A stretch of DNA of 64,000 bases, taken from the NCBI GenBank assembly GCA_951406725.2, contig OX597837.1, forward strand, positions 18,290,001 to 18,354,000. Reading direction: 5' to 3'. The notes below the pieces were generated by a model. The model searched no databases. It had not been told where the DNA came from and was given only the letters and a program-made list of their open reading frames with translations. This document shows, piece after piece, positions 1 to 13,582 of this stretch (the first letter of the stretch is position 1; every line of letters starts with the position of its first letter). The stretch is from Octopus vulgaris. Its lineage: Eukaryota. Made by a program: the position numbers and the translations under genes.

Positions 1-2550
1 ATCTTTTTTGTGCAGGGCACAAAAGATTGTACAGCAGCTAACCTGGCTCCATCAAACTCAAACTCACAGATGGGACTATCCACAATACACAAGACCGCCA
101 CAACAAATAGACCCAAGGTGGACACCACCAGCATACACATCACCTCGATGCTCCTACTGAACATCAGAGGACTGCTAACACTCAGTAACAGGACAAAAAT
201 CCCTTTCTTGAGAGACCTTGTTGCATGCAATCAACCCTTATGCATAGCACTTACGGAGACACACCTGAAACCGGACATAGCAGATGTGGAAATACACATA
301 CCACAGTATGTTGTACTACGGACCGACAGAAAAGAAAGGAGTCATGGAGGAGTTGCTATGTACATCCGCGAGAACCTTACACCTCAGGTCCTTTTGTCAT
401 ACTCAAATTCAGTGTGTGACACCCTAATTGTACATATAAGGCAACTTGGTGTAGTTATATGTGCTACATATCGCCCTCCAGATGCCCCAAGCCATGTAGG
501 CAAGTTTGAAGACTGCCTTATAAAAATAGAAGTTCTAGTCACATTAGAACAACATATAAGTGTACTTTTTATGGGAGACTTCAATCTACCCAATGTCAGA
601 TGGCCCGAGGGCCTTTCTCTCCCAGTAATGACTCGATGCGAACGAGGACAGGCGAGGTCCCTCCTGAACCTCATCAACACTCTGTACATGGAGCAAGTAA
701 TACTCCAACCAACCAGAGCAGGTAACATACTGGATCTCTGCTTCACAAATAATATGGATCTCATCCATAATGTGAAAGTGACACTGACATTACTCTCGGA
801 TCACAACATGGTAGAGCTGACCATGTATGGGCCAAAGGAAAGCATGGACATGCAGCCTACAAGAAACTCTCTGAATCTTTCCAGCTTGAACTTCCATAAG
901 GCAAACTGGAAACAAATTGAGAAAGAGATCCTCAAACAAAACTGGCCTAAATGTCTCTCCTCGCCAGACATCGACGTGAAACTTCAACAATTCATGTCTG
1001 TAATGCAAGCTATATGCTACAAATGTGTCCCAGAGAGAAAGGCCACTGTACACAAGAACAAAATCCCCAGAGAGAGGAAAATTCTAATGAGACGGCATAC
1101 AAAAGTTTCAAATTGAAAGCAGTGAAAATAAAACTGTTGGAAATTGAAAAATGTCTGCAACTCTCCCATGAAAAAGAAAGAGCAGACAAAGAAGCCTGGG
1201 CTATAGACAACATAAAATCTAACCCCAGAGCTTTCTACAGGTATGCCAAAGAAACAGCTACTGTGCACTGTAGGATAGGGCCGCTCCTTGAAAAGGATGG
1301 CACACTCACAGGAAATCCAATGAGGGTAAGTGAAATACTAAATGAGCAATTCAAGAGTATTTTCACTCCACCCCTAGGGCATTTTCAAGTCAGCAATCCA
1401 ACTGACTTCTTTACCACTGCAGATATAAAATCAGAGGCAGCGATGTAATAGAGGCTATAGATGAAATGAAAACAAACTCAGCTACTGGCCCCGATGGATT
1501 CCCAGCAATCCTTCTAAAAGTATGTAAGAGAGTCCTAGCAAGACCACTGCAGTTCCTCTTTCAGAGCTTCCTTGCAACTGGCAAACTTCCAAGAAAACTG
1601 AAGGAAGGTAAAATATGCCCTATTCATAAAAGAGGTAGCAGAGCGGAGGCCAAGAACTACAGACCTATCTCTCTGACCTCACACATCAGCAAGGTCATGG
1701 AAGAAAATGACTTGCTGCCTGACACCCAACATGGTTTCCGACCAGGAAGAAGCTGCTTAACTCAGCTCCTACAACACTATGACTGGGTGCTGAAACGACT
1801 GCTCAACCACTCAAATGTGGAAGTCATATATCTCGACTTTGCAAAGGCTTTTGATAAAGTCGATCATGGAATGATATGTCACAAACTGTGTGATTTTGGC
1901 ATAGTTGGAAAATTGGGAAAATGGCTTCATGACTTTCTGAAGGATAGAAGTCAGGTGGTAGTAGCCAATGGGGCCACTTCCATTAACACGCAAATAGTGA
2001 GCGGTGTTCCGCAAGGCACTGTTTTGGGACCACTACTGTTCATAATGGCCCTCTCAGACATGCCCTCAGCCACGCAGAGAGCCACGATCACAAGTTATGA
2101 AGATGATACAAAAGTTTCACAGGCAATACAGAACCCTGAAGACACTAAGCACCTGCAATGTGAGCTGGACAAAATATACAAGTGGGCTGAAAAGAATAGC
2201 ATGCAGTTCAATGCTGAAAAGTTTCAAGCTTTATGCTATCAGCATGCAAAACTAATTGCAATCTCAGAAGTACAATCAGAGCGAGACCTGGGTATTTACA
2301 TGAGTGATGATGCAACCTTTCATGTGCATGTTGCTAAATTGGCAATGAAATGTAGGCGGCTGACCATGATGGTCCTCTGGAGGACACTTGTCCTAAGACA
2401 CTATGACTATTGCTCTCAGCTATGGTCATCATCCAGTGTCAAGTTAATCACAGAACTTGAGGCAATCCAACGAAGCTACAAGAAGAAGATAGCCTCTGTG
2501 CAGTATATAAGCTATTGGGAAAGACTCAAGAGATTGAGACTCTATTCCTT
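1..2550 (+). mobile_element. Degenerate CR1-like LINE ORF2 (APE endonuclease + reverse transcriptase), frameshifted; 3' end truncated at a TA microsatellite
   Basis: Endonuclease motifs LLNIRGL, LTETHL, GDFN, LDLCF, SDH (10-1116). RT motifs GPDG, NYRPISLTS, QHGFRPGRSC, YLDFAKAFDKVDH, SGVPQGTVLGPLLF, and YEDD (mutated YADD) (1466-2550). Confidence 0.9.
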
Positions 2551-2669
2551 ATATATACATATATATATATATATATACTTTGATACTTTGATAGGTTTCG
2601 GCCATTATTGGCCCAGGCCATGTCTAACTTAATACCACCAATATATATATTGGAAGGTTTGGAGATGAT

Positions 2670-3390
2670 GTACAGGTATTATATATTAGAAGAAATGAGG
2701 TAATCAGAAGATCGGATGGTTCATGTTTATAGATATTTATTTATATATTACATTTTTTACATATATATATCATATCATTCAGATTATTAGCGCTTTCTCC
2801 CATTCCAGTGGGGTTTTCAAATCAAATCAATTCCTTTGTGGGGAGTTTGGTCATTTTATAGAGTTTCTATACAGTTTATAGTAGTGAGGAGGAACTAGAT
2901 AGTATAAGAGGGTGAGGTAGATGAAGAGGAAGTGAGAGAGAGTGAGAGAACATGTGTGTGTGTGTGTGAGCATTTGTATCTGACGCTAAAGGGGGAGGGG
3001 GAAGAAGAAGAAGGATTTCCTTTGGCCTGTTGGACCCCCTGGGGAGTTCTAAGAATTTTAGCTCTCTGTCCATTCTGGTGTCACTGAGTGTGTGTTGGTG
3101 GGTAGGCTGGCCAGAAATTACACCTTTTGTGATTTTGGGGATGGACAAATGTCATTTGGGGTCATACTTTGTATTATAGTTTTGTGGAGGTGTGTGTGTC
3201 TCTGTGTGTTCGGAGAAGGGGAGAGAGACAAAAAGAGAAAAATGAAAATAAAAATAAATATAAAAATAAAAATAAATGAATAAATAAAAATAAATAAATA
3301 AATAAAAATAAGGGAGGAAATGGAGAAGAGAAAAATATATTTTTGTGTGTTGATATTTATACCACTACATATATATACACACACACAGAC
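2670..3390 (-). mobile_element. Penelope-like element 3'/pLTR remnant with a degenerate hammerhead
   Basis: Minus strand 2782-2828 reads TTGAAAA-cccc..ggga-GAAA-gcgc-TA-ataatc (decayed hammerhead core, palindromic stem III). Its terminus resembles the + strand terminus at about 4500-4535. Confidence 0.5.
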
Positions 3391-3394
3391 ATAT

Positions 3395-3655
3395 ACATAA
3401 AATATTTGGAAAAAAACCTTTTATCAGTTCAAAATGAACAACCAAATTACACCATCTTGAAAATTGTATATCATAGGAAAGTTAAAATTAAAGTGACAAT
3501 TAAAAAGTAAAGATGGAAGTAATTATAAAGATAATAATATAATGTATATAACAGGCAATATATATATATACATACACAGATATATATACACATACAGACA
3601 TATACTAAATGTTCTACTATATTAGATTGTAAATCGAAAGATGCGTCCTTCAATG

Positions 3656-3700
<45 letters not shown>

Positions 3701-3888
3701 GCTTACACATGAAATATTAGAGAAAAACCCACCTTCTATCGAATCAAAATGAACAATCAAATTACACCACCTTGAAAATTGCATATCATAGGAAGGTTAA
3801 AATTAGAATGACAATTGGCAAGTAAAGATCAAGTAAATTACAAAAACAATATAATGTATATAACAGGTAACATATATATACACACACA

Positions 3889-3890
<2 letters not shown>
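3395..3890. repeat. Two diverged tandem copies of a ~180-bp unit separated by a TA microsatellite
   Basis: The block tcaaaatgaacaa(c/t)caaattacacca(t/c)cttgaaaattg(t/c)atatcatagga occurs at about 3428 and about 3744; both copies end ...aatataatgtatataacagg. Confidence 0.75.
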
Positions 3891-3941
<51 letters not shown>

Positions 3942-4204
3942 TCCTCATTTATATACCTTTTCATTCCTACATAACTACAATAATCTTAAGATATATTATT
4001 TAAATTCCACTATTATTTCTCTCTTGATAATTTTTCTTTCCTCTGTTTATACTTTATCTAATAAGACTAATATAATACACCTGATAATAATAATTGACTC
4101 CTTTGTATGCTTATACATGTAAATGTATAGATATGTATTTATGTATATGTAAAGGTGTATATATGTATGTATTTATATTTATAACTTAACCTTATGAACC
4201 TTCT

Positions 4205-4330
4205 AAACTCTGACGAAGCCCAGAGGCACACTCAAGTACCTTAATCTTATCTACCAAATACTTCAGTTCACTGAAGGGATAGAAGTAAAGTGGGGTACCA
4301 TGGCCACTTGGCTGAAACAGCTGTAAGATA
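4205..4330 (+). ncRNA. Penelope-type (type I) hammerhead ribozyme motif with an extended stem II
   Basis: CTGACGA (4210-4216), agcc...ggct closing stem II, GAAA (4314-4317), palindromic acagctgt stem III, UH = TA (4324-4325). Stem I is weak. Confidence 0.6.
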
Positions 4331-4864
4331 CTATCCTACCTTCTATGCTCTACGTTATATATTTTAACAATTACTAGTATTTTTACATTTTATATATTAT
4401 ATACGTAAAGCATAATATGTTATACAAGTATATTGTTATAATTGGGTTTTTTTTAATAAATAAATAGACATAATATGATGTCTAAAAGTTGATGAATACC
4501 ACCTCTTTATTCCCTTCATTTTCTTATTACTGTATATACTACAGAGATAGTAGGGCAATCCTATTTGGACATTGCTATGGGTGGATGGTGTATATTTATT
4601 GCATTACAACCTTATTCTGTAAGAATAAAGCTTGATTTATATATTAGTTCCTTACCTTTCTTTACCCATTACAGCTAAGGCCATGCTAGAGCACTGCCAT
4701 AATTTTTATCTGTCCTCTTATTCTACTTTCCACTGCATGTTGTACTTGCTCTGTCTTTCCTCCATCTGCTTGCTAAACCTTGAATGTCCTCTACATTTCA
4801 CACATCCATCACTGCCCGTGTAAGTAAAAGTTCTTCCCTATATCCTGACTTTCCCTTCCTACAG

Positions 4865-4954
4865 ACAAGAATGGAATCCACCACAGTGCAACCATTCCCT
4901 GAAAACTTGGCCGAGTTGATGAAAAGTGGCAACGCACCTAATGTCACACTGCAG
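4865..4954 (+). CDS. p160 nuclear receptor coactivator (NCOA/SRC/Taiman-like), internal exon (first visible); TRMESTTVQPFPENLAELMKSGNAPNVTLQ
   Basis: Acceptor ttcccttcctacag, donor CAG|gtgagc, 90 nt, phase 0-0. APNVTLQ(R) resembles a Taiman-conserved block. Confidence 0.8.
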
Positions 4955-6127
4955 GTGAGCCTCTTCTTGGTTTTAACCCACAATACACTTTCATTATCAG
5001 TGTGTGTGTTGTCTCTTTCGTGATGATAAATTTTAACTGGGAATCCTCCAAGTTTCAGTCCTTTCTTTTACAATAATTGTGTATCTTACATAATATTATT
5101 TACTTTCACTCCAACCCACCTTCAGCCTTTATTTTCAGATACACATACATGCACTTATTATTAATATGCATATATCTTTGCAAATAGTAATGTTTCAGGT
5201 ATGTGAAATAAGATCATTGTGATTACATTTATTATTAGAGCTATACATAGTATCCACTACAATTCCCCAAACTTAATTTGTAGAGAATAATTATAACTAA
5301 TATTATAAATATGTAATTTTTTTTTTTTACTGGTTTCTTTCATTGAACTGCAACCAAGCTGGGACATGACCTTGAAGGGTTAATCAATTAAATCAACACT
5401 AGCACTTATTTTTCTTAACTCTGGTAGTTATTCCATCAGTCTCTATTTTGTTGGACTGCTAAGCCATGAGAATGTAGAGACAATATGGAGAGAGACAAAT
5501 ACATACAATGAGCATCCACTCAGTTTCCATATGTTTTATGTACCCATGTGGTAAGCATGAAAATCCACCACAATGGCAACTTTAACAATAAACTATTCAG
5601 TTCAATCTTCCAATTATTAGGATACCTCAGTGAAAAGGTACTTCATTAAGCTATTTTATTGTGATGATTGGAAATATTTTATAATAGACATTTATTGTGG
5701 TGACTGGAAATGATATTTTATAATAGACATTTTTGTGGTCAAATCTATTTTTTATTTTAGTGTCACAATGATTGGGTCCTAAACACATAGTGAAACTAAT
5801 TACCTTGCATAAATTCTTTTGATTGACACTGTGGATATTGTGAGTGTATTTAATGAAATAACACAATACCTTTTATACATTATCACCATTATCACATTTG
5901 CCATTGTCAGCTATTGACATTCAATTTTAGATGATATTCTGTTTTTATCAAATTTAAATATATGGCTAATGGTGTGTTCAAACACTATAACCACTGTTCT
6001 TTTCTCCCTGTGCTAAACCCTACTTCTGTACAGTTTATAGTTTACATTCTTGTCATGCCCCAGGTAACCAAAATTCAGCTTCTTATTTCATTACATTCAC
6101 ACACACATACTCGTACATGCACACACA

Positions 6128-6770
6128 CACAGGGTGGACAGGCTAAATTTAATAGTTTGCATGAAAGGAAAACAAAACAATATCCCATCCAAAAATAAAT
6201 CTATTTTTAAAAAATCAAAAAATATCAACTAGGTAATGACTGGAAAATAACAGTTTACTCAAAGTAGCTGCCCACAGCTTTCACCATGATCTCAAAATGG
6301 CTCTGGATCCTGACACATGCATTCCTCACTGTCCCTGGGAAGACCTTGCACAAGCAGAGCAACTAATGTCTTTCTCAATTCTGCCCCCCACAAAGTAATC
6401 CATAGGATTACAATCAGGGGAATTGGGAGGCCAGAAATTGGAGCAGATGAAATCATAGAAATTCTCAGACAAATCTTCTGACACTTTCCTGAGATATGGC
6501 AAGGAACCAACTCCTGCTGCCATACATATGGCCTTCTAGAAGCAACCCTCTCCATCAGTCTCCAGCAGCTTCACATAGTCATCTGAATTGAGCCTAAGGC
6601 CCTCTTCTAAGATGTACAACAGCATGACATCACCCTCACTGGAGACACACCCAAAGATCATCACAGTTGGAGGGAACTTAGTTTTCATGATCCATGAGGC
6701 TTGCCCATGTCATTTCTTACAGCCTTTACAGAGTGTTGAGCAGCAGTTATGTTGCCCTTTTGATACCTAG
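6128..6770 (-). mobile_element. Tc1/mariner-superfamily fragment (maT/DD37D-like transposase C-terminus and terminal repeat)
   Basis: NFWPPNSPDCNPMDY catalytic motif; cagggtg terminus; homologous to 42281-42780. Confidence 0.75.
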
Positions 6771-6919
6771 CAGAAATCGTGATATAGGGAACATTTTTCC
6801 AATGAACTTGTTAAAAAATATTTATTACCAACAGAAGCAGTATTAATACAGAGAGGTAATACTTATCCCCACTTAAACATAAATGCTCTGTTAGGACCAA
6901 CTGTACTGCATCATCATTA

Positions 6920-7200
6920 TTGTTCGACTGTGGTCGAGACAATGGAATTTACTCTGTTACGCCAGACTTCACGGTCCATCATAGCATTACAGAGGTCCCG
7001 TCACTGGATGCCTGTATCCCTGGAGATTACATCAGGGTAGGAGAGTGTGCGCCCCCTGGTATCGTGAGCAGATGGCTTCCAGAGGAGAAGAGGAGAAATT
7101 ACCTTGTTTTCAGCTCTACAACAATGTCCAGCAAACTGGACTCTTCTACCTTTCACAAGAGACTGTACTGCAGTAGATACCACCTCGTAGCTGGATGCAT
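6920..7200 (-). mobile_element. RTE-like LINE 3' ORF fragment
   Basis: RRVQFAGHCCR...LLLWKP...RGRTLSYPDVISRDTG, typical of the RTE-type C-terminus. Confidence 0.6.
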
Positions 7201-7355
7201 TTTCTAACAGTAACCACTATACAGTGTGTAGTAGGGTGCATATATAATTTCATGGTACTACCCCTGCATAGGTTGCCTTGTCAGGAAGACCAAAGAGCCC
7301 TTTCAGGCCCCACGTTGTTACTGCTTGCATCAATTTTCACTTACTTAACTGTGTA

Positions 7356-8705
7356 TGTTTGTCATCCCATAGATAATGGGGTTTTTTTATACTTCTTTTA
7401 TATTTCAAAATTAAGATAAACAAAATTCTCTTTTAATCTAAAATTTACTTTCCTTCATTTTCTACAATGCTCTTCCATCTATCTTGTAGACTTGCAAGGC
7501 CCCTCTTCCAAAATTCCCTTGCCCATGATGAAAAGTACTCCTCGTCTACAGAATTCATATTTTTTCTATCCAAATGATTTTGAAGACTGCAGAATAAATA
7601 AGATGGGGCAATGTCTGGCAAATATGGTGGGTCGGGCATCATTTCCCATTCAAACTGTTCCAGCCTTTGAAATGTCATCCTGGCTCTACGTGGCCGAGCA
7701 TTATCCTGATAAAAGAACACCTTTCGTCTTGAAATCAAAGATAGTCGTTTCTCTTCTTGTACTGACCTAAGCCGCTCAAGCTGGTCACAGTAGATCTCCT
7801 TTGTTATTGTTTGGTTTGGGTTTAAAAGTTCAAAGTGGACTAAACCTTTCATGTCCCACCAAACACATAATACCTTACGTGGGTGAAGACCTTCTTTAGC
7901 CTGGGGTGCCGGTGTTTCTCCTTTCCCTAGCCACTGTCTTCGAGGGCTTGACATTTTTATAGAGAACCCGTTTCTTGTCACCAGTCACTATTTGGTCCAA
8001 AAATGATTCACACATGAGATGTGACAGCAAAGAAGAGCACACATTCACTCTCTGCATGTGATTAAACTCGGAAAGTTTGTGAGGAACCCATTGACCTAAT
8101 TTGATGACTTTTCCAATGGCTCACAGGTGTTGATGAATGGCTGAATGACCAAATCCAAGCTTCTCTGCTAGTTCCTCAATAGTTAAGATTGGATTTTGTT
8201 CCATCAAGGCGTTAGGAAGGGCATCCAGTCGTAGAAACACTGCCAAATTTGACTGGGCCTGATGAAGCCAACCCATGCTAGCATGGAAAACGGACGCTAA
8301 ATGATGATGATGATGATGATGAAGGTTTGCAGGACATCCTCATCGAGCTCTGCAGATCTTCCATGATGAGCTCACCTTCCAGGCTGTAGTTTCCAGCTCA
8401 GAATTGACACTGGCTTATGCTTATTGTCTGATCCCCATATACTGCATTAATATTCCTCGCACTTTCTGTTGCATTGTTTCCTTTATTGAACTCATAAAGC
8501 AATATACGCCGAGTATGCTCCATTATAGCTTTGAGAAAATAATTGTTAAAATCAAGCTGCACTCTTCAGAATTTGCAATAAGAATAAGTACAAGGTAAAA
8601 TTACTACCTGCTTTTATAGTAAGTTGATGCAGGTAGTTTACCCCGTCCCCTCCAACTTTTAGCTCATGCAATTGAAAAAATCGCATTATTTACTAGATGA
8701 CCCGA
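7356..8705 (-). mobile_element. Near full-length decayed mariner (DD34D) with TIRs and flanking TA; interrupted by an RTE-tail insert
   Basis: ATG at 8523 gives MEHTRRILLYEFNKGNNATESARNINAVYG; GQWVPHKL near 8075-8097; CVWWD, QDNARP, YLPDIAPS motifs. Imperfect ~30-bp TIRs at 7356-7388 and 8674-8705, TA on both sides. Confidence 0.9.
8210..8321 (+). mobile_element. Short RTE 3'-tail retroposed fragment inserted into the mariner
   Basis: gttaggaagggcatccag...aacccatgctagcatggaaaacggacg followed by a (GAT)n tail, matching the 3' ends of the RTE copies near 45.8 kb and 50.6 kb. Confidence 0.8.
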
Positions 8706-9167
8706 TATATATTGTCTTGCTCCTTTTTTGTTTGTTTGGTTGGTTGGTTGGTTGGTTAGTTGGTTGGCTGGTTATTTCCAAATGCTGGTGTTAAGTATGT
8801 ATAAAGGTTTATAAATTCCAGCCTTTTGTCTTAGATTCCCTAATGCAATGCTGTTGACGTAGCCAGCATTTTAAGGATGATTATATGAAAAATCTACTTG
8901 AATAAACATATATATAATATAGTTGAAAAATTACTTTAGATAATTTCGTATATTTGTAATAAAGTTGATTGGTTGTAAAATGTTCAACCAATCATTGTTA
9001 AATCCCATACTAATTATTCCGTTCTTCACTTCAGTTAACCATCATAACATGAGGTCTACCGCTGCCATCACCAACACATCTGGGCTATAGGCAGTATTCT
9101 ACATTACTCAATTGTATGTGTGTTAGATGATGTCCTGATGAAATAATATTTTGTTTTCCTATTTCAG

Positions 9168-9374
9168 CGGAACCAAAACTTACCAGAGCCGATGTCACCT
9201 CGCTATAGCAGTATACAACGGCCACAGCAGTCCGTGAGCCCTATGATTGGTCCTGTGTCTTCTCCCTCACAACTGTCCCCTCACTATACTCAGTCCACTC
9301 CAAACCAGTGGAATGCTCGTACATCACAGACCGCTGCAACTCTCCAGGGATCACTTGACCGAGGAATGCATCAG
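9168..9374 (+). CDS. NCOA/Taiman-like coactivator exon; RNQNLPEPMSPRYS...LDRGMHQ
   Basis: Acceptor ttttcctatttcag, donor CAG|gtgaaa, 207 nt, phase 0-0; S/P/Q-rich. Confidence 0.85.
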
Positions 9375-10455
9375 GTGAAAACCTTTATTCCTTCTAATTT
9401 GGGTCTTTTCTTACAACTTTATAAGCTTAACGAGAACAGATGGCAGAGAATTCAATATAGCTAGTTAAGAATCAAGTACTGTCATTTGAAGAGAATATCA
9501 ACATCACCATTTCGTGTTCAATTTTCCCAAGTAGGCATAGGTTGGATAAAAAATTTAGTGAGGCAGAATTCTAGGAATCGTTGCTCTTCCTGTTGCCAAC
9601 CCCTATCTATTTTTCAAGTAATATTCCATTGGTATTCACAATACTGACAAAACTGCTAAGCTACTGAACATATTGTTTATAGGAGATATAAATATAACAC
9701 CACTGTAGCATTCTGTCAGTGTGAAGATGCATAAAAATTAACACATGCACAAGTGTGTATCTGCAGGGTGGTTGGTGTTAGGGAGAGCATCCAACCATAA
9801 AAACTACCAAAACAGACACCAAAAGTATGGTACAGCTCCTGTCAAACCATCCAACCCATGCCAGCATGGAAGGACGACGTTAAACAGTGATATATATATA
9901 TAAAACTAACTTTTCAGATTTACCTGGCTCAAACAAAATTTGCTGAAACATATTTTTTTAGCTAGATGCCTTTCTTGTCTCCAACCATCTAAGTAAGGTA
10001 ATATTTCTCTGGACTCTTCACTTGTTTGACTGATATTTATTTACATCTAGCATACACTGCTAAGACAAGGAGACAAATATATGTTTAAGTGAAGTTATAT
10101 ATATAATGCATGTGTACCGAGAATTTATTTGCATCTTATATGATAGACTTCTGTACAAATTTCCATCTACCAGTTTCACTTGCTCTAGGTTTTATGCAGT
10201 GGAATAGAACCTGAAATCACAGGGTTTACAAATAGAACTTCATTACTACATTTATCTCAAAGTGTTTCTGAAATCAATCAAAGAAAAAAAACCATTGCAA
10301 AGTAAAGAAATGAATTTCGTCAAAACAAAAAGAAATACCTTTGGAGTTCTAGGTTCATTCCTAGAAATATAATAACTGGAAATGATTGGAAAATAAAGTG
10401 GACTGTTGTGTTCAGAAACAAAACTCATTTGTCTTCCTTTGTTTTACCATTACAG

Positions 10456-10653
10456 GGCAACACTCAGTTCTCGGCAGTTCAACGTCATAGGGCAATGTCA
10501 GGCAATTCATTGGCAAGTCCTATGCCTCAAGCTGGCAATCACTTTCATTTCCCACCTGATTCCCAGTTTCCTGGTTCACAGGGTCAGCTGTCAGTCTACA
10601 GCCCACAGTCACAACAACAACAACAACAACAACAACAGCAACAACAACAACAA

Positions 10654-10685
<32 letters not shown>

Positions 10686-10741
10686 TCAACATCTATATGC
10701 TCAAAGCAGAATTATGCATCGGCAGCTGAGCCTTCCCCCAG
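10456..10741 (+). CDS. NCOA/Taiman-like coactivator exon with a 24-Q tract
   Basis: Acceptor ttttaccattacag, donor G|gtacag, phase 0-1; CAA/CAG run at 10612-10683. Confidence 0.85.
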
Positions 10742-11144
10742 GTACAGTGTAATTTCAATTCTTTCCTTTGTATTTTGCAGTACAACACATACAGTATATT
10801 GCCAAGTGACTGACCATGCTCAAATGTTGCCTGAGTTTTGTCGATAAAATTAATTTCGCTATTGTTGTTTGGAAGTTATTTAAATTGATTATAAATGGTC
10901 TATTAAAATTGCCTTGCCTTTGTATCCATCATAGCTTTGGATTTTGTACATACATTAGCGAACCACGAGTTTTCTTTGAATTTATACTGGAATCTACAAA
11001 TAGATGTTGGAGTAATTCATTCTTTAGCTCCTCTCTTTATAAAATCAATAGGGGTAAGATAAATCATCATTGGGTAGAATTTGAATCTCTTAGTTCCTAA
11101 CTGGAATAGTTTTTCCACTGTAATGTTTTCCTTGTGTTTTTCAG

Positions 11145-11445
11145 GTCGAGGATCACCACGTATGCCCCACAGCCCTTTTGGAAATAGCCCTGATTCTATG
11201 TTATTATCCCCTCACCTATCACCCAATTCAGGGTTACGGCCAACGCAACAGACCCCCAACAGTCAAGTGAGCCCCACTTTTAATTCCAACTACCCTTCAC
11301 CTCAGAGTTTGTCAGGAGCTGCACCACCGCCGCCACCAGCATACACCCAGCCAACTCCCACACCGACCTCAATATCTACAGATGGTTTGTCTAGTTTTGA
11401 AATGCAACTGTTGGAACATACAAACTTACCGACGACTACTGACAG
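11145..11445 (+). CDS. NCOA/Taiman-like coactivator exon; GRGSPRMPHSPF...TTTD
   Basis: Acceptor tgtttttcag, donor AG|gtgag, phase 1-2, consistent with neighbouring exons. Confidence 0.85.
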
Positions 11446-11626
11446 GTGAGCAAATACTACAACACTTCTACCTCCATGGATATTTCTCTCTTCATTCTAC
11501 TTCTATCATAACTTCTGCCTACTGTTTATTCGACCCATGTCCAAAAATCAAAACTTCAAAAAGAGAAGCATCTTTCTCTACATTATTTAAAGAATTATTA
11601 TCTAATTTTTCTTTTGATTATTTTAG

Positions 11627-11940
11627 TTTGAAGGCCACCACAAGTGCTGATTTAGGAACCACCATGCCTGGTGCTTCTTCAAAGTCCCAATATGTGAAGC
11701 AAGAGATCCGCAACTTTTGTAATGCCAGATCAGAGAAACAATCCCAACAGCAACAGTTGCAGCAGCAACAGCAACAGCAGCAGCAGCAACAACAACAGCA
11801 ACAACAGCCACCGCCACCTCCACCTCCTGATCTGTCACTTGCCACTCCCCGTCATTCACGAGCGCCTGATATTCCATCTCAAGCGCCAATGAGCACTGAC
11901 CAACACACTCATGATAACGATCTCAATGATCTGTTACAGA
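11627..11940 (+). CDS. NCOA/Taiman-like coactivator exon; SQYVKQEIR motif, polyQ/polyP, LNDLL (LxxLL)
   Basis: Acceptor attttag, donor A|gtaagt, phase 2-1. SQYVKQEIRNFCNAR resembles the Taiman SE(Y/F)V(R/K)QELR..GAR block. Confidence 0.85.
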
Positions 11941-13582
11941 GTAAGTTGTTTGTTTATTGATGGTTCAGGATGATTATTTGTATGGTTTGTATGTGTCTAA
12001 AACATGCATATAGTACAGGTATTTGTGAATGTATGGTGAGCTTTGCTGACTTCAATTAGTTTTCCTGAAACCACGAATATATCAAACACTAAAAAATAAT
12101 CCTTCAATATGCTGTCGTTCCATCTGTTCTGAGAACCCAACTTGCACTCTTTTCCCCTGCTCTGGTTGGCAGTAATGAGCATATGTTCTTTCATTGCAGT
12201 AGTTTCTGATTTCTGTAGCCAAGTTGAACTAGATGGACTTGGTGTACAACAGTCTTAGAGAAAATCTGGTTGACAACCCAGCACAGATTCTGCACCTGCT
12301 GTAATTATTTTGGTGTGTGTACTTAATTGGCAGAGACTGTTTGGTTCAGTATCCTTGAACTGTGTAAGGTCTTTAAACTTAAATATTTTGCATCTATGTG
12401 CAGGCAGAAGTTTGCATTTCTACTATCTGGTTTCTTCTACCATAGTCCCAGGGTGCCTGACACCATATGAGTGAAATAAGGTTGGTGGAAACTACAAAAC
12501 CCATCTTGAGAAAGTGTACATTTTGTGCTTCACATGAGAAAAAGCACTGAGCTGCAAATAGTGAAGTAAATTGTCACACCCTGTCAATAAATCATCTAGC
12601 TCTGCACTTTTGAAGATATGTGGAATAAAAAAAAAACATCCATGAAAAATGGGTAAGAATTAGCCACAGGAAAGGCTGTAAAACAATACCACAATAATAT
12701 AAGTTCATATAACCCATGCTAGCATGAGAAAGATTGCATAAAACCAATGACCAATTGTGTGTGTGTTTTTGTATTCATGTTTCTTCATGTAAACAACAGA
12801 AATATCACCACTTTAGAGTGACATTTCTTTCTCTCATAAACAAAATGTCTGGCATTGAGTCAACATAAAATAATTAGTATCAGGAAGGGCATTCAACCAT
12901 AAATCCTATCCAGACAATGCCAGTATGGAGAAAGCAGACATAAAACAATAATGATAGTGAGTACATGTGTGGGTGTCTGATTTTGAAAATGCATTGCGGT
13001 TTTTGTTATCGTATCAAAAGGCTACAAATTCATATAAGTAAGGTTCAGAATTAATTGAACTGATCCCTCTGGTGTTTAACTAATTCCAAAGAAATAGAAA
13101 GCAGATTCAGTTGTCATAAGATTTAAATCCAGAATGTAAAGAAACAATACCACAGGGTATTTAGGGGCCTAAATGTAGTGAGCATTGTGTTTAGTATTTT
13201 TTTTTTTTGTATTAAATGAAAGTATTTGGGGTGTTGTACCACCTCAGAGATTCTGTTGTTATAGGTGTATGATGGAACATTATATGATGCTAACATCTAA
13301 TGTTGGTTGATATGCATTCTGGTAACTTGTTTGTTTATTGCTGTTTAGTGTATTGTGAGGAAGTCCTGATTCATTCTGTAGCATTCAGTAAACCTATTGG
13401 CAATGCTGTCACTACTAGTGCCACCACCACCTGTGGTAATTATAAAATTTACAACTTTAAACCTTCATTGTTAATTTACCTGTTTATATATATATATATA
13501 TATTCTCTCCTTCTCTATGATGCCTTAACTATATAACTGTTCTGCATTCCTAATTAATATTCATGGATTTCTCCTATTGCAG

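Noticed and set aside
7445-7981. SETMAR-like host gene
   Set aside because: No SET domain, broken frame, TIRs present: a mariner relic.
11618-11889. Poly-Cys and poly-Ala/Val ORFs on the minus strand
   Set aside because: Antisense readings of the CAG/CAA polyQ exon.
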